Part shown: positions 13,349 to 26,750 of the stretch, piece after piece
Position numbering within the stretch: the first letter of the stretch is position 1
Layout of the letters: each line of letters begins with the position of its first letter
Assembly (NCBI GenBank): GCA_030704615.1
Contig: CM060732.1
Coordinates: forward strand, 62,868,001 to 62,932,000
Length of the DNA: 64,000 nucleotides
Source of the DNA: Takakia lepidozioides
Lineage: Eukaryota > Plantae > Bryophyta
Reading direction: 5' to 3'
Notes under the pieces: generated by a model
What the model was told of the DNA's origin: nothing
Seen by the model: the letters and a program-made list of their open reading frames with translations, nothing else
Databases searched by the model: none
Position numbers and translations under genes: made by a program

Positions 13349-13378
13349 ATGTCCTCATAAGACGTTGTTTGCCGTAGC
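13349..13378 (-). mobile_element. Family A LINE tail, only 30 bp
   Basis: 16-bp TSD actagcaaatcataga (13333-13348 and 13379-13394). Confidence 0.8.
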
Positions 13379-14058
13379 ACTAGCAAATCATAGAGTCTGG
13401 CAGAGAGAAAAGAAATGACTGACTGTGACAATCAGCTAAAGGTGAGCTGCTGACCACTTGGGATTTCACCTATTTTGGAGTAGCTAAGCAATCGGATATT
13501 TTTGTGTAGCAAGCGCCAGGAGTTGAGTTGTCCTCTTGTAAGTCGTGCGTGACTTGACCAGAAGAGAGTCCAAAAGCTCTGACTTAATGTAGGCCCTCAC
13601 AGGATAATTGGTAATGGAGGCTTTACTGGGAAAAAGAAATGGTTCAGTGTAGGTAGTAGTAAGATAGAAACTCCAAACTAGATAAGTAAGAGCACTTAGC
13701 CAAACGATGTACCGATGGTGCGTGAAACTCAGGTTCCGTGAAAATTTCACAGCTCTGCGCGGAGTCCCTGACTGGGGCATTGCCAGCATAGAAACAGAAA
13801 TTGAAGGAGAGAAACGATGTCGCTTCTGAATGTACTGGTACTGTGTCTTCACTTACATCATATTATCTATGGATAATAATTATAGCAACAAGTTCTGTGA
13901 GTCATGCTGCTTCTGAGCTCAACGATGTAAGTGCTTTGGATTACATCAATGGGAAGGTGGTCAGGAATATGTGACAGGAAGATTGGTGCACCCGAGATTG
14001 GACACAGGAGGCTTTTGTGAGAGTTAACATATGTATTGTTTCGTGGTGTTTGCAGGAG

Positions 14059-17000
14059 ATGGACGATGAAAATAAGAGTTGTTCACCAGACATTGTGGTC
14101 TCAAAACTGAAATACGAATTAGAGAACGGTCGCACAGAACTCCGACTGTTGAGGGTACCGTGTTTGACTCTGAAATCCCTCATGTGAATTTTGATGCATG
14201 ATCGTTGAGTGCGGATCCAGTGCCGAGGAATGACATTGACAGAAACCACGAGATATAATTCCGCAGCAGCTTCAAAAGACGCCGGGGCAGCAAATACGTT
14301 GCAGCACATTATAATCGATAGTCTTTGTCTTCATACACAATCTGCAATAACTTCCATACATATTTTAATTTTTGCAGATGTATATCAGAATTTGAGACGA
14401 TAGCATTTGCAGGGTACTGTACACCTGCGTCCATGTAGTACTCACACAACCATTTGTTCAGGAGAAGGAGAACAATACAAGGAATGAAGTCGAAACGCTT
14501 CTGGAGGTCATTTCTTGCTCTTGGAGCAAACTTCAATCAGTTTCGTTGTTTCTGTGCTTACGACGGTTAAAGTTTTGTAGATTGAGCTGGTTGAAAGAAA
14601 GAAAGAAAGGAATATTACAACGTCCGGGAGAGTAAGTATGGGGTTGAAGGTCAAGCATGCAGCGGGGAGAGAGAAATGAAATGAAATGAAATGGTGCTTT
14701 ATAACGTCCCCGGAAAGCTCATAGAGCTTATGGGACAAAATGGAAGAAAACATGAGAAAGGAAAAGAGAAAGAAAAAGAAATAAACGTACAACGTCCACG
14801 CCCCACCCCCGAGAGAGAGGGAGGAGGTGAGGGCACAAGAAATGAGGGCGGCGTACAAACAAGTTTGTGATGAGGAAATTCTGAAATACAGAAGCAAAAG
14901 GCTCTTCAGCTGGAACGGGAGCAAGAGGTGGGCACTCTCCAGGCTAGTCTTGCAGCAGCCGATTTTTCCCGTCAAAAGTTTGAAAACGCTGTGAGAACTA
15001 CAACATCCTTTCTCCCTTTAGTGTGAATTGCTAGGCTCGTCTTGTAAAGCAGCTACAGACTCCTCGTCAAGGTAGCAATGTGATAGCCACAAAGGAGATA
15101 ACCTCCATCATTGGAACACACCATGGGGTCGCCACCTTTGTGCATTGCATATATAGGTAGGTAGCCCTCAGAACTTGGTAGTTTGGTTCATTGTGTAGGG
15201 GAGAGCAGGCCCAACGGTTGGATGGCACCTGGTGAAATTGACTGAAAGACTCTGTGTTTGCAGCTAAACAACACAAGGCAGGATAAATCTGCCAAGGAAG
15301 GGGAATGTCATCAGCTTAAACTACAAATCAAGGCAATCCTCCAGTCAAGAAATACTGTAGCAGAACAGTTGAAGGTATGTTGGCATACTTGCTAGGTGTT
15401 CCTGACTCGTGTGGCCTGATTAGCAGTGAAAATAAACTTTTGCCTATCTTTGAGTATGAAGCTAGATTGTCTACAACAGACTTATATTTGATTTGTAGGT
15501 ATTCCATGCTTCCATCCTCAACTTTGGGTAACTGGATCAGCAAGGACATGTCTGAATATGGATGCTTCTTTCAATTGTCTTAGGCTGCAAATTATGAGTT
15601 GGAGAACAGCCTAAAGGCTGCGAAATCTGAGCTAGTGGCTACCCAGGAGAAGCTCAGCAGACATTCTATTCTGTCTGAAGCCCTTGAGAGTGAGGCCACC
15701 TCTGTGACAAAAGTCCTGCATGAGACTCGCGAGCTTGTTCTCTCCAAGGAAGAATACAGTAAGACTGGTCTGAAAAGCCCTTACTGCATACACGTCATAT
15801 GGGCTCAACAACTGGTAAACTGAAGCTACCAGGAAGTCTGTCTGTAGGATAGCAAAAATCACGGACGATGAAAGCAAATAGACAGTATGTCATGTTGGAG
15901 AAACCCTGCTAAGACCTGAAGCCACAGACCTACTCATGTGGTGATGAAGCTGCAACAGATTCTCATCTCTACTATCTCATTACAGCTACAGTGTGTGATA
16001 TTCTTCAGGCAATAATATCGCACAATAGTCTGGTGTCACTTAAACATCTGTTGTTTGGCTGATAGCCACCCTTGTTGCTTGCTTGCCAAATAAAAAGAAG
16101 GCTAAGTATGGATATGGTAGTTGCTTTGGTTCCACTGCAAGTGACTAAGCTTCCAATTAGTTTGGAAGTCTTCAAATAAGCAACTGTGGTGCTGGTATCC
16201 TGGCAGCACTGGGGCTGCAAAAACAACTGGACTACGTTCTTGGGTTTGAGAAAAGATTTGTAGGTGAGATCCCCTATCTCCTTTTGGCTTATGGTCATCT
16301 GCTCTGATGGACTTGCATAGTTTCTCTGTTTTCGACATGGATGAGAATGAAATTTGTGGTGGATATAACTTTTACAGCCCAGATATGTACTCTGGAAGGA
16401 CAAGTGAAGGATGATTTGGTGCACCTCTCAGCCAAAGATATGGAAATTGTAAATTTGAAGGAAAGTTTGGAGGCCTTGAAAGATGACAGTGAGCATAAAG
16501 CCAAATTGACATCAATATCCTCCTTTACTATGGTCATAGCTGGACCTTTAGTTATCACTACATTACTTGACTGGTGCTTGAAGCAGATGCACTTCGTCAA
16601 TATCTGTACCTGGTGTTTCCCTGTCGTATATTCTTCTTTCATGCATCATTGGCCTTTTGTATGTTTGCCTTAACTGGGAAACTTGAGACAGAGCATTGAG
16701 AATAAAGAGAAACTCATCTCCAAAATGGTAGAAGACAAGGAGGTAAGGTCAAAACTGCAGTGCCTACCTTATTGAAGAGGATGCATCTCCACCTAGCATG
16801 CTTATGTATGTTGATGATGAGATGCCTATATTCGGAAGAGGAATATGTGTCTGCATCATGGGTGAGTGAGCCTGTTCGTTTGAAGGTGTAAAGAGAAGAA
16901 CTGTCATCATTTGGTTTGAAATAGGGATGCAGACAGAGAGAGAGGAGAAAGAGAGAAATGAAATGAAAGTGAACATCAACAAAGGGCCACGAGGGCCCAT

Positions 17001-20000
17001 GGGACAAGGGAAAGCAAACCAAGGACCCCAATGTGACGGCAGCCAGTTCACGATATTTTGCAGGTACTGCTTTCTCAGTTAGAGACTTGGGGTCAACTGG
17101 TGAAAAAGTTCGAAGCAACAATCACGTCGCAGGAAATGGTGTTAGAGAAAACCCGTGAAGGGATGTTGCGCTTCCAGGAACAGGCGAAATTCTTTCGGTC
17201 AAAATATAATCAAGTGAGGATAAACACTCCAGCAAGCAGATATAGGAATCTCTGTTTTTTGTTCATTATATTTACTGCAAGACCATGTAATGTCTCAATC
17301 AAGATGTGATACCTTATTTGCATTTCCTTGAAGACATTAAGGATGTGGGGCCATAACCAGTATAGCTAAGAGCTAGCATCTCCAAGATGGTACTCCTCTC
17401 TCCTAGGGAGCTCTTATCGAATACCAATCATAGCTTAGTAGAGGCTGGCATCGCATGCTGCTTACACTAAGCTTCATGAAAGCCTGTCATTTTAAACTCT
17501 TCAACTTTCATCTCCTGATATGGAAGTCTCAATGCACATCCTGGCTTCATAGGTTGAAGCACAGCTCTCCGTCTCTATGAAAACTAATGACAAACTCGTT
17601 GAAGATCAAAAGGCAAAAACACAAAGGTATGTTTGTCTCAGTCCCATCCTTTGCGTGAGCTTCAACTAGTATAAATACCATTCAGAATTTGTATGACAAT
17701 CTTTCTCTACCTGGATCCACAGACCGTGCTCTCAATGTTCTCTCTTTCTGTTCTTGTCAAAGGTCTAGGAGTGTGTATTTCTTGTATGAGGACTTCTTAG
17801 TTAGGAAGTCAAATAAATTTTCATAATCACCACCCCTTTGCTCCTCCTTCTGGTTTGTCACTTCAAGGGGGAGTACTAGGCTGTTTGTCTCATTTGTTGC
17901 ATTTGACCAGATATGGAGAAGAGAGAGATGAATGGAATCGTACGGAAGCAAAATTGCATCTTGAGCTGTCGGACTTGCGCAAGCACATTGCCAATCTGGA
18001 GAATGAAAATAGAGCCACAACCTCAACTAAATTCTCTGGTGGGCACTGGCTGCAGAGACCTCCTAATGTCTTCTTCTCCTTAAGTTTCATTTCTTCTTCT
18101 TCACTGGCACGGCACATATGTGGTGAAAAGCTCTTGCAACCACAAAGTCTACTCTGTTTTCGAGGCGTTTATGAGCTGCAGAGAGGGGAAGAAGGTCTCT
18201 TTTTTGAAAAACTATGTCCGTAACACTCTATGTGTGACCTGCAGGTTTTGTTGTCCTGTGGGGGTGCAAAACCTGTAGTAGGTACAGAAGATGCACATGT
18301 AGATATCTGCGGCATCTGCAATCTTGTGAGACTGTTGTTCTGGATTGGTGTGATTTCACTTGTAATGTTGCTCATTGGTAGCGCATAGTTCATGAGAAAT
18401 ATGAGCCCTCCTGGCGCCAGTTATTATGTTTCTACCACCACGAACATGCGGTCATTTATACCATGGTGTAGGACAAGATTTTGGACAGAGGGTGTTGGTC
18501 CGTACAATGACTGGGGCAGACAGGGTTGTCATCGTTGATCCTGCTTGGAATCCAAGGCAATCAAACTCAGGCCCAGAGGGCGGAAGGGACAGAACAAAGA
18601 ATAGGAACCACTACCATTGGAGAAGGCTCACTCCAGTAGAGGACCACCCCTGAAAATCAAGAAGACCTTTACGGAAGCATCAAGTATAGATCATCAATGC
18701 ATGTATTCTTTTGACTGACTCTTGACTTCCATCTTTCTTACAGTTACAAGTGCAAGAACCATGCCAAACCATGACCTTCCAGCACCTGCGGGCCCTCACA
18801 ATGAGCAGCAGAAGGTAGCATTAGACACCAGTGGTGATAGAACCTCTCAAACATCAGACATTTCTTCTCACAAGATCAGCTCTATTCTCACGCGATTGGG
18901 TCGACTATTGCCTCCCTCCTTGGAAACTGTGATGGAGAGCTCCCTTCCCATGGGCACCCATGCGGATGACTTCAGCTGCATGCCTGTGTTGGGAGAGACA
19001 CTGCTGCATGGATATGGTTGTGACCTAGAAGGTAAGAGTACCACATATGCTGTGAGCGTACCTGTTACTGTCCCCTCCAGACATTCTGCAATGATGATTG
19101 GCATATGCTGCCTATACATGTGGTAGGTGTGGATTTACTCCTTAAAACTTCTACAAAAGATTGGGGAGTTTTGCTTTTGTACCCTTGACCACTTCCAGTC
19201 CTAGGATGAGCTTGTTGTAATCTGCTGCTACTTGCAGGATTCAGATCAGTTTCAATGTAAGTGGGCATTGACTGTCATTCTAGGAAATTCCTGACCCCAG
19301 CCTCCAAAATTATGTGTCATCACCTTGTATAGGTTTGCAAGGGGGTCAAAATGCAGGTTGTAGATGTGACCTATTCTCCAACCCGATTGATAGGATAATC
19401 TACAGTATTTTATGCTAATGTAACTGCCGCAAACCATTTAGCCTTCCGACCATGGGCCAATGTTGGATCCATAGTGCCCACTGACAAAAAAGCATCAGCA
19501 CATTCCAGCATATTTGGTAACTGTCGATGCTTTTAGGTGCAGGCAACTCAATTTGTCAAAATCTGCAAGATTTACACAGCCTGCAGTGGAGCCCAGTACT
19601 CCAAAATGGGTCGCTGCAGCAAGTAAGGCTTATATTTGTTGTGTAACACTCTCTGGACATGCAGATGAAATCAAGAGCGTGGAAGCACTGCTCTGTCCTG
19701 CAGTAGAGGAACCTGGAAGTCAGGTCTTATGTCAGTTGGAGAGTTCTGGGGATTGCCAGCCAGGTGTCTCTTCTGTCCAACTCACATCAAACACACTCAT
19801 GAATTATGCAAATTCACTGCCCTCAACTATGCTAAATGTGGACTTTGTGATTTTCACGGATGTAAAAGAGAGTGGGGAATCCTTGCTTCGACCAATTAAG
19901 GGAGTCGAAACCACCATCCAGGTCTCTGGTGGGTTGGAAACAACAGCGATTGATTGTGCAAGAGCAGACTTGCCAGCTCAACCTGGACCGGTCTCTTCAT

Positions 20001-21249
20001 CAAGAGTGAAATCTCTCAGTGGCACGCCATTTGAAGATGGGGGTGGTGATGGACCACCACAATGGCCTGATACGACTGTGATTGACCTTACCGAAGTAGA
20101 GGAGCTAAAGGATGTCTGCTATGATGGTCAAGGATACAATCTTCCCCTTAATATTCCCACAAGCAGGTCAGCTTTGCTTGGTGCAGCTTCTGTTGAAGAG
20201 GTGCGACCAGGAAAGGAGCCGCCTGTATCACCAGCACTGCATATTCTTGAAGCAACTTCAGAACCACCTTTCTCCATTGCCAGGGCAGAGACTTTTCGCA
20301 ACCCTGTTCAAGAGCAAAAGACCCTGGATACTGGGCTTTCTCATGTTACCACAGTACTTGAGCCAACAAATCCTGCAGTTACCCACCTTACAGCAAGAAA
20401 GGGCTGTGTCTCCACAACCCTGCATAATCCAATTTCTGGAACCTCAGGAGCAGCGCAAATTCTTCATCCAAGAACAACTTGCATGTGCAATAATCCACCT
20501 TATGGTTACATGGTAATTTCTCTACAAAATATCTCGTCGGATCACTCATAAGTGAGCTATTGATCAGACTTGCCTTAGGCTGGCAAATAGGCAGGGTCCC
20601 AGTGGCCATGTGTCTCCAGATTTCAGATATTTCAGTTCTTTGAGCAGCTTAAGGTACTGGTGTACCATTGTCGTCTGGATTACAATACAAGCTGAGGTAG
20701 AGGGGCGAGGACAGGGGTTTTAAGGGGGGATGATGATAGAGGTGGTTTCATGCTTGTTTTTTTAACACCCTTGAAACTCCTCCATTGAAGTACCTACATT
20801 CTCATTTGAGAACCAGCTATTTGCACAAATCATTAAGTCTGCAGCTGGATGGTTTGAGCAATGAGGGCTACTGATGTTTATTGCAGGTGAAATGCGTTGT
20901 ATGTGCTAGGCATTTCCATGCTAGCTGCATACATCTTCAATCCAGCCTTCCAGGTGAACTTCGGCTGTATAGCAAATTCTTTTTGCACATGTTACCATCT
21001 CTTTCCTATCCTTGTCTTTTCCATTGTCTGTCCTGGGTGTGTTGTGCCATATATTACAGCAAGCACATGCACATTGTCTATTCTTGCATGTGAGCACACT
21101 GCCTTAACATGATTTTGGTTACAGGGGCAGATTATATCTGCCAAAATTGCAAAAATATGCCCACTAAGAAGCGCCGGCGCCTGGATCCCAGGAAGCGCAA
21201 GCAGGGACCTGCCAAGACGAACCTGTTGAATTTTCAAGCAAAGCCTTGA
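14059..21249 (+). CDS. Multi-exon coiled-coil protein with C-terminal PHD finger and basic NLS
   Basis: Heptad-rich exons near 14059, 15584, 16377, 17084, 17553 and 17911; low-complexity exons at 18744-20511. Spliced C-terminus TCMCNNPPYGYM|VKCVVCARHFHASCIHLQSSLP|GADYICQNC (C4HC3) then KKRRR, TGA at 21247-21249. Middle exons uncertain. Confidence 0.65.
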
Positions 21250-21590
21250 CCCTCTGGTATTTTGGTAGTATAGTCCAGTATGCTTTGTCTTCTGGATTGT
21301 GAGATTAGGCCTCAAAAACTTCGAGCTCCAGCTGCTTATTCATAAACGTGTTTGTGAACTTGGGCCAATTTTCTTTCACTCATAACCTACTCAAGTCAAG
21401 TGCAATTTGGGCTAATTTTCCACTTAGTTGTGTAGACCACAGACCAGCTATTGGAAGGTTGATGTGCAACAGGAAATGTCCTCAATAGTAAATCGTAGTC
21501 AATATTCTCAGGGAATGGTGGATGGACTAAGTAGCTACACTTATCAATGAATGAAGCAAGACAATCCTACCTTTCCAGAAAAACATTGTT

Positions 21591-24500
21591 TCACCAGTAA
21601 TCCCCACAAGAACAAACCCCATCTTTGAAGTGGTGAAAGCGCTTCGCATCAAGTACAATAATTGCTCTGCCAACCATCTTTGAGATGAACTTGGTGGAGG
21701 TGTGGCAGTCACTACACACCCGAAGATTCTTGATGAGACGGAGAGGCGTCCTGGGGGACGTGCTGATCAGCCCAAAACCAATGGCCAGCTTCTCACTGTG
21801 GTGGCAAAGAGACAATTCCTTTTGCTCCTCCCCCACATCATGCAATACAAAACGCGTGTCAGGCACATACCCTGCTTCCTTCATCTGCCCAGACAATCTT
21901 CTCAGCTCAGCATGGATTTCCTCAATTTTTGGATGCGATTTGTCATCTACAACAAAGGTGTGCACCCTCTTGTCGACCTCAATGGAGCAGTAACCTGGCT
22001 CCTTTCTAACCCCTCTGACCTTCATCATATTTCTCACTTTTGCACTATCATCCCACCTGCCGGCTGCGTCATAGATGTTTGATAGCAACGCATAAGGTGC
22101 GGCGTCCTATTCATCCCACTTGAGAATAGATGTTGTCGCACGTTCAGCCATCTCCACATTGCCGTGGATTCTGCAGGCACCAAGCAAGGCTATCCACACC
22201 ACAGCATTTGGTTTCATTGGCATTTTTTCAATGAGGTCCTCAGCCTCATCCAATCGCCCTGCACGGCCAAGAAGGTCCACCATGGAGCTGAAGTGTTCCA
22301 GTGCTGGGGTGATGCCATGATCTTGACTCAGGGAGTCAAAGTAGTATTTGCCTTCCTCCACTAGGCCAGCATGGCTACACGCAGAAAGAACACATAGAAA
22401 AGTGATACTGTCCAGCTTCAGCCTTCCACTTGCATTTCTTCCAAAAGTTGCAGGGCCTCCATATCATAACCATGCTGTGCATATCCTGCGATCATGGCAT
22501 TCCAGGACACCACACTTCGTTCAGCCATATTATCGAACACCCCTTTGCATCCTCAATGCGCCCACATTTGGCATACATGTCCACGAGGGTATTGTTCAGA
22601 ATGGTTCAATACCAGCTTTGATGATGTCACCATGGACCTCTTTGCCCTTTTCCAGGGCTGCCAGGCTCGCACATGCATTGCAAACACAAACAAATGTGAC
22701 GTGGTCAGGCTTCACCCCATTCTGCATCATTTGCTCATAGGTCTCCAAAGCCTTCATCCCGCACCCCTGGTGTGCATATCCTGTGATCATCGCGTTCCAA
22801 GACACCACATTTGTTTCGGCCATATGGTTGAACACTCCCTTTGCATCTTCGATGCTCCCGCATTTGGCATACATGTCCACCAGGGCAGTGTTGACATCTG
22901 GTACAATCCCAGCTTTGATAATGTCACCATGGACCTCTTTGCCCTTTTCCAGGGCTGCCAGGCTCGCGCATGCAGTGCAAACACAAACAAATGTGACCTG
23001 GTCTGGTTTCATCCCTTCCCGCATCATTTGCTCATTTGCCTCCATCCCACACCCATGCTGCGCATATCCTGCAATCATTGCATTCCAGGACACCACATCG
23101 CGTTCAGCCAGATTGTCGAAAACTCCCTTTGCATCCACGATGCTGCCACATTTGGCATACATTTTCATCAGGGCAGTGCTCAGAAGGACATGTGGTACAA
23201 TTCTAGCTTTGATGATGTCACGATGGACCTTTTTACCATTTTCCAGGGTTGCCAGGCTCGCACACACATTGCAAACGCACATGAATGTGATCCGATCCGG
23301 CTTCACCCCTTCCCACATCATTTGCTCATAGGTCTCCAAAGCCTCCATCCCACACCCATGCTGTGTGTATCCTGCTATCATCACATTCCAGGACACCACA
23401 TCACGTTCGGCCATATGGTCGAACACTCCCTTTGCATCCTTGATGCTCCCACATTTGGCATACATGTCCACCAGGGTACTGTTCAGAATGACACCGGGTA
23501 CAATTCCCGATTTGATGATGTCACAGTGGACCTTTTTGCCCTTTTCTAGGGCTGTCAGGCTCGCACACGCATTGCAAATGCCAACAAACGTGACCCTGTC
23601 GGGCTTCACCCCTTCCCGCATCATTTGCTCATAGGTCTCCAAAGCCTCCATTCCGTACCCGTGCTGCACATATCCTGCAATCATAGCACTCCACGACACC
23701 ATATCTCGTTCAGCCATATTGTTGAACACTCCCTTTGCATCCTGGATGCTTCCACATTTGGCATACATGTTCATTAGGGCAGTGTTCAGAATGACATCTG
23801 GTACAATTCCAGCTTTGATGATGTCACCATGGACCTCTTTGCCCTTTTCCAGGGCTGCCAGGCTTGCACATGCATTGCAAACGCAAACAAACGTGATGTG
23901 GTTGGGCATCACCCCTTCCCGCATCATTTGCTCATATGTCTCCAAGGCACTCTTACCACACCCATACTTGGTAAGTCCTGCCATCATAATATTCCATGTG
24001 ACCAAACCTCGTTCAGGCAAGTTGTTGAACACTTGGTATGCATCCACGATGCTCCCGCACTTAACATACATGTTGACAAGGGTGTTGTGTAGAAACACGT
24101 TTGGCTTGAATCCGCTTTGGATAATGTGAGCGTGCACCTGCTTTCCAGCTTCCAGGCCTTTCATCTTGATGCACTCACGCAAAAGACATACATACGTATC
24201 TGACTCTGCTGAAATGCCTCCTTGGTATAAAGTCCGTAGAGCCTCTTTCAGTCGCCCTGCCTCACATAGCATCCTCACATGCCCAGAAGTGCCAGAGGAG
24301 GCATTGTGGACTCCCTCTCTTCGTCCTATTTCGGAAGCTGTGGTCATGGTGGAGGTGCCTGAATTTATCAACTGTGCTACTGCTGCTGCTTCCAGTTCAC
24401 CATCCACCCATGTAGGTTTCTTGTAGCTACCGATCCACATGGAATTATACGTAATCTTGTGATTGAAATCCAGCCCTCTTGGATGAATCTGGAACCACAA

Positions 24501-25179
24501 TCCATCCCGGCTCCTTCAGCTATCCCTGCCTCTGCACCAATAATCTATAGATCCTTGCCTTGATGCTAGAAGTTGACGGCCTAGACTGTTCTAGCAAGCA
24601 CCCCAACCTTACTTATCACACACAAGTTCCTATGCTAAATTGCTCCCAAGACTTTACAAATGTGCTGGGGAGAGAGAGGATGACAATTTCCAAGAAATCT
24701 TTGGGAGGAATATTGAAGTCTGCTTCTCTCTGTAACCTTACAGGCACTCACCTTTTTGCCTTGATTGTCCCACCATGGACTAAAGTGTGAAAGATATTTA
24801 TTCCAAAGATTCTCCTCGTCTCTGTCATCTTCTTTCGGATACTTTCCTGTTGCCACATTGGCAGTAACATGTCATAATTACTCCAAACAACCAAAGATCC
24901 ACCCCATGAGCTTGGAGAACTCAAAATGAAAATTCAGGGACGACTCTGATAAGAGGGCAAAACTGGCCAAAATATGTTGAAGAAGCAGGTGTCCTCACCA
25001 CATTGTCCTTCACCTTGTGTCATGAATGCGGCTAGCTTTTCTTTCACCCACGGAAGATTCAACTGACCATGAACCCAAAAGGACCTCTTGTGTGAGCTGC
25101 TTGTGTCTGTAGTCAGGTGATCTCCGATTTGTCTGTGACAACCACCACGGTGCAGCTCAGCAGCCAGAGATTTAAACAC
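21591..25179 (-). pseudogene. PLS-DYW PPR pseudogene
   Basis: PLS array ORF 22596-24500; frameshifts at about 22430-22620; in-frame TAG at 22107-22109 (Gln in the paralog); DYW domain still intact (HSEKLA, CSDCH, DYW); upstream PWVK module at about 25000-25100. Confidence 0.88.
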
Positions 25180-25740
25180 GGCCTCCTAAGACCAAGCTGA
25201 TCCTCCTAAGTACCGTGTAAATGAGACCCAATCATGATACTCACAGGAAGAGCCCACATTTGCAGAACGGACAACCTTCTTCACATCGTACAGTAAGAAA
25301 ACCACACCTTGCAATTGCGGTTGTCCCACCATTGTGAAGGAACTTCAAAAAACTCATGCCAGATGCTCCACGCTCCCCAGTACAACTTTGTGCCCGAAAA
25401 TCCGACAGCATCAACATTTTGACAAGCTCCTTTACAGCGGAGTGCTGTGGAGCTTTCAACAGCATTCATGCAAGGCTCCATTGGACCCTACACAACCGAG
25501 AGTCCACAACGACGAGCTTCGGGGCAGCACTTCACCTACCTAAAATCCTGTCTCTCTGTCAGTGTATGGGGGTATCTCGACGGATGTCGATCGATGAATA
25601 CCATTGGCGTGTGGGTACAGTAGATGAACACTGACCCGCTGGAAAAACAGGCGCCCCATCATTTCGGAGGGTCTTCTCGCACAGGAGAAGATCGCCCTCT
25701 TGTAGTTACACAAACCCCAAGCCACAGCTCCTGATCGGCT

Positions 25741-26750
25741 ATGGCGGGCGCAGGGTGGCTGCGGGGATTAGCTCGGCGCTGTCTCTCACAGTTTTCGGCT
25801 CCTGCTGGTGTATCTCTGAAATCTGGGAGCATTATATTAGCCCCTTCACATGAGTTGCATACCCCCCTCTCCTCCCTTGTTGTTTCTAGGTCTTCCTCCG
25901 TAGCATCTCCGGCTGGGCTGAGGTCGTTGATCGATACGAGGTTCTTGGTACCCAGTAGTGTCCAGTATCCAGGTGCAGGGATTGATAATGGGAAGGATTT
26001 TTTTTCGATGCTGACGAGCGTGCGGCATTTTGCGAAGAGGGCAAAGAAATGGCAAGGCTGTATGTATGGCTCTCTCTGTCTGCAGGCATTGGAATCCCAA
26101 TTTTTCTATTTTGATCCTTCAAAATTTGATAGAGTGTCACATGTGGTTTTGGAAGGAGTTAGATATTTGAATTTACCATCGAAACATCTGTGCGTTTGTT
26201 TAAAGGCAGTGAGTCTAATGATGCAAACCTGTACAGCTAGTACCTGAGTCTAATAATACAGAATCCAAGAAGATTGAAACTCTAGGATAGTTTGAAACAG
26301 GAACTTGGTTTGGGTACAGTAGGATCTAATGTCTTCATGGGAGGTGGTATGCAGCACCATATGTCTGGCTACCGGTGGTCCCAGGGGAGCAAGTGCCAGC
26401 GTCCCGCCCCAATAAAGGAAGCGTAAAGAATCGCAACCACCAGAAACGCATGGCACAGCGCATGGCATTTGCCAAGGTTAGTGAATTCCCTCGTAACTCT
26501 CTAGGCGGATGTAGTAGCGGTTACTGCTAAGTCAAATTCTTGTGCTACAAGTTCTCATTTGAAATGTGGGCACTTATCGTCTCTGAGTGAACAGCTGCAA
26601 GCTCAAACACGAAGAGAACAGCAAAGGGCAGCCAATATTGCTCGGGATATTGCTCGCAGAAAGCGTTGGAAAGAAGGGGCTGCAAGAGCCAAGGCATGGG
26701 CAGAACTACAAGCAGAACGGAAGTCTGGAAAAGTTGCAATGAAGGGTTAA
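25741..26750 (+). CDS. Plant mitochondrial ribosomal large-subunit protein, mL87-like (At3g51010-like)
   Basis: Exons 25741-26059, 26355-26476 and 26595-26750 splice in frame. Presequence-like N-terminus; PYVWLPVVPGEQVPASRPNKGSVKNRNHQKRMAQRMAF...ARAKAWAE recalls the PNEGSVKRRN...RAWAE motif. Confidence 0.7.

Noticed and set aside
22107-22109. Stop codon rescued by U-to-C editing
   Set aside because: Nuclear gene with additional frameshifts; simple CAG-to-TAG decay is sufficient.
22494-23549. 351-aa plus-strand ORF and similar ORFs antisense to PPR genes
   Set aside because: Antisense shadows of repetitive PPR coding sequence.
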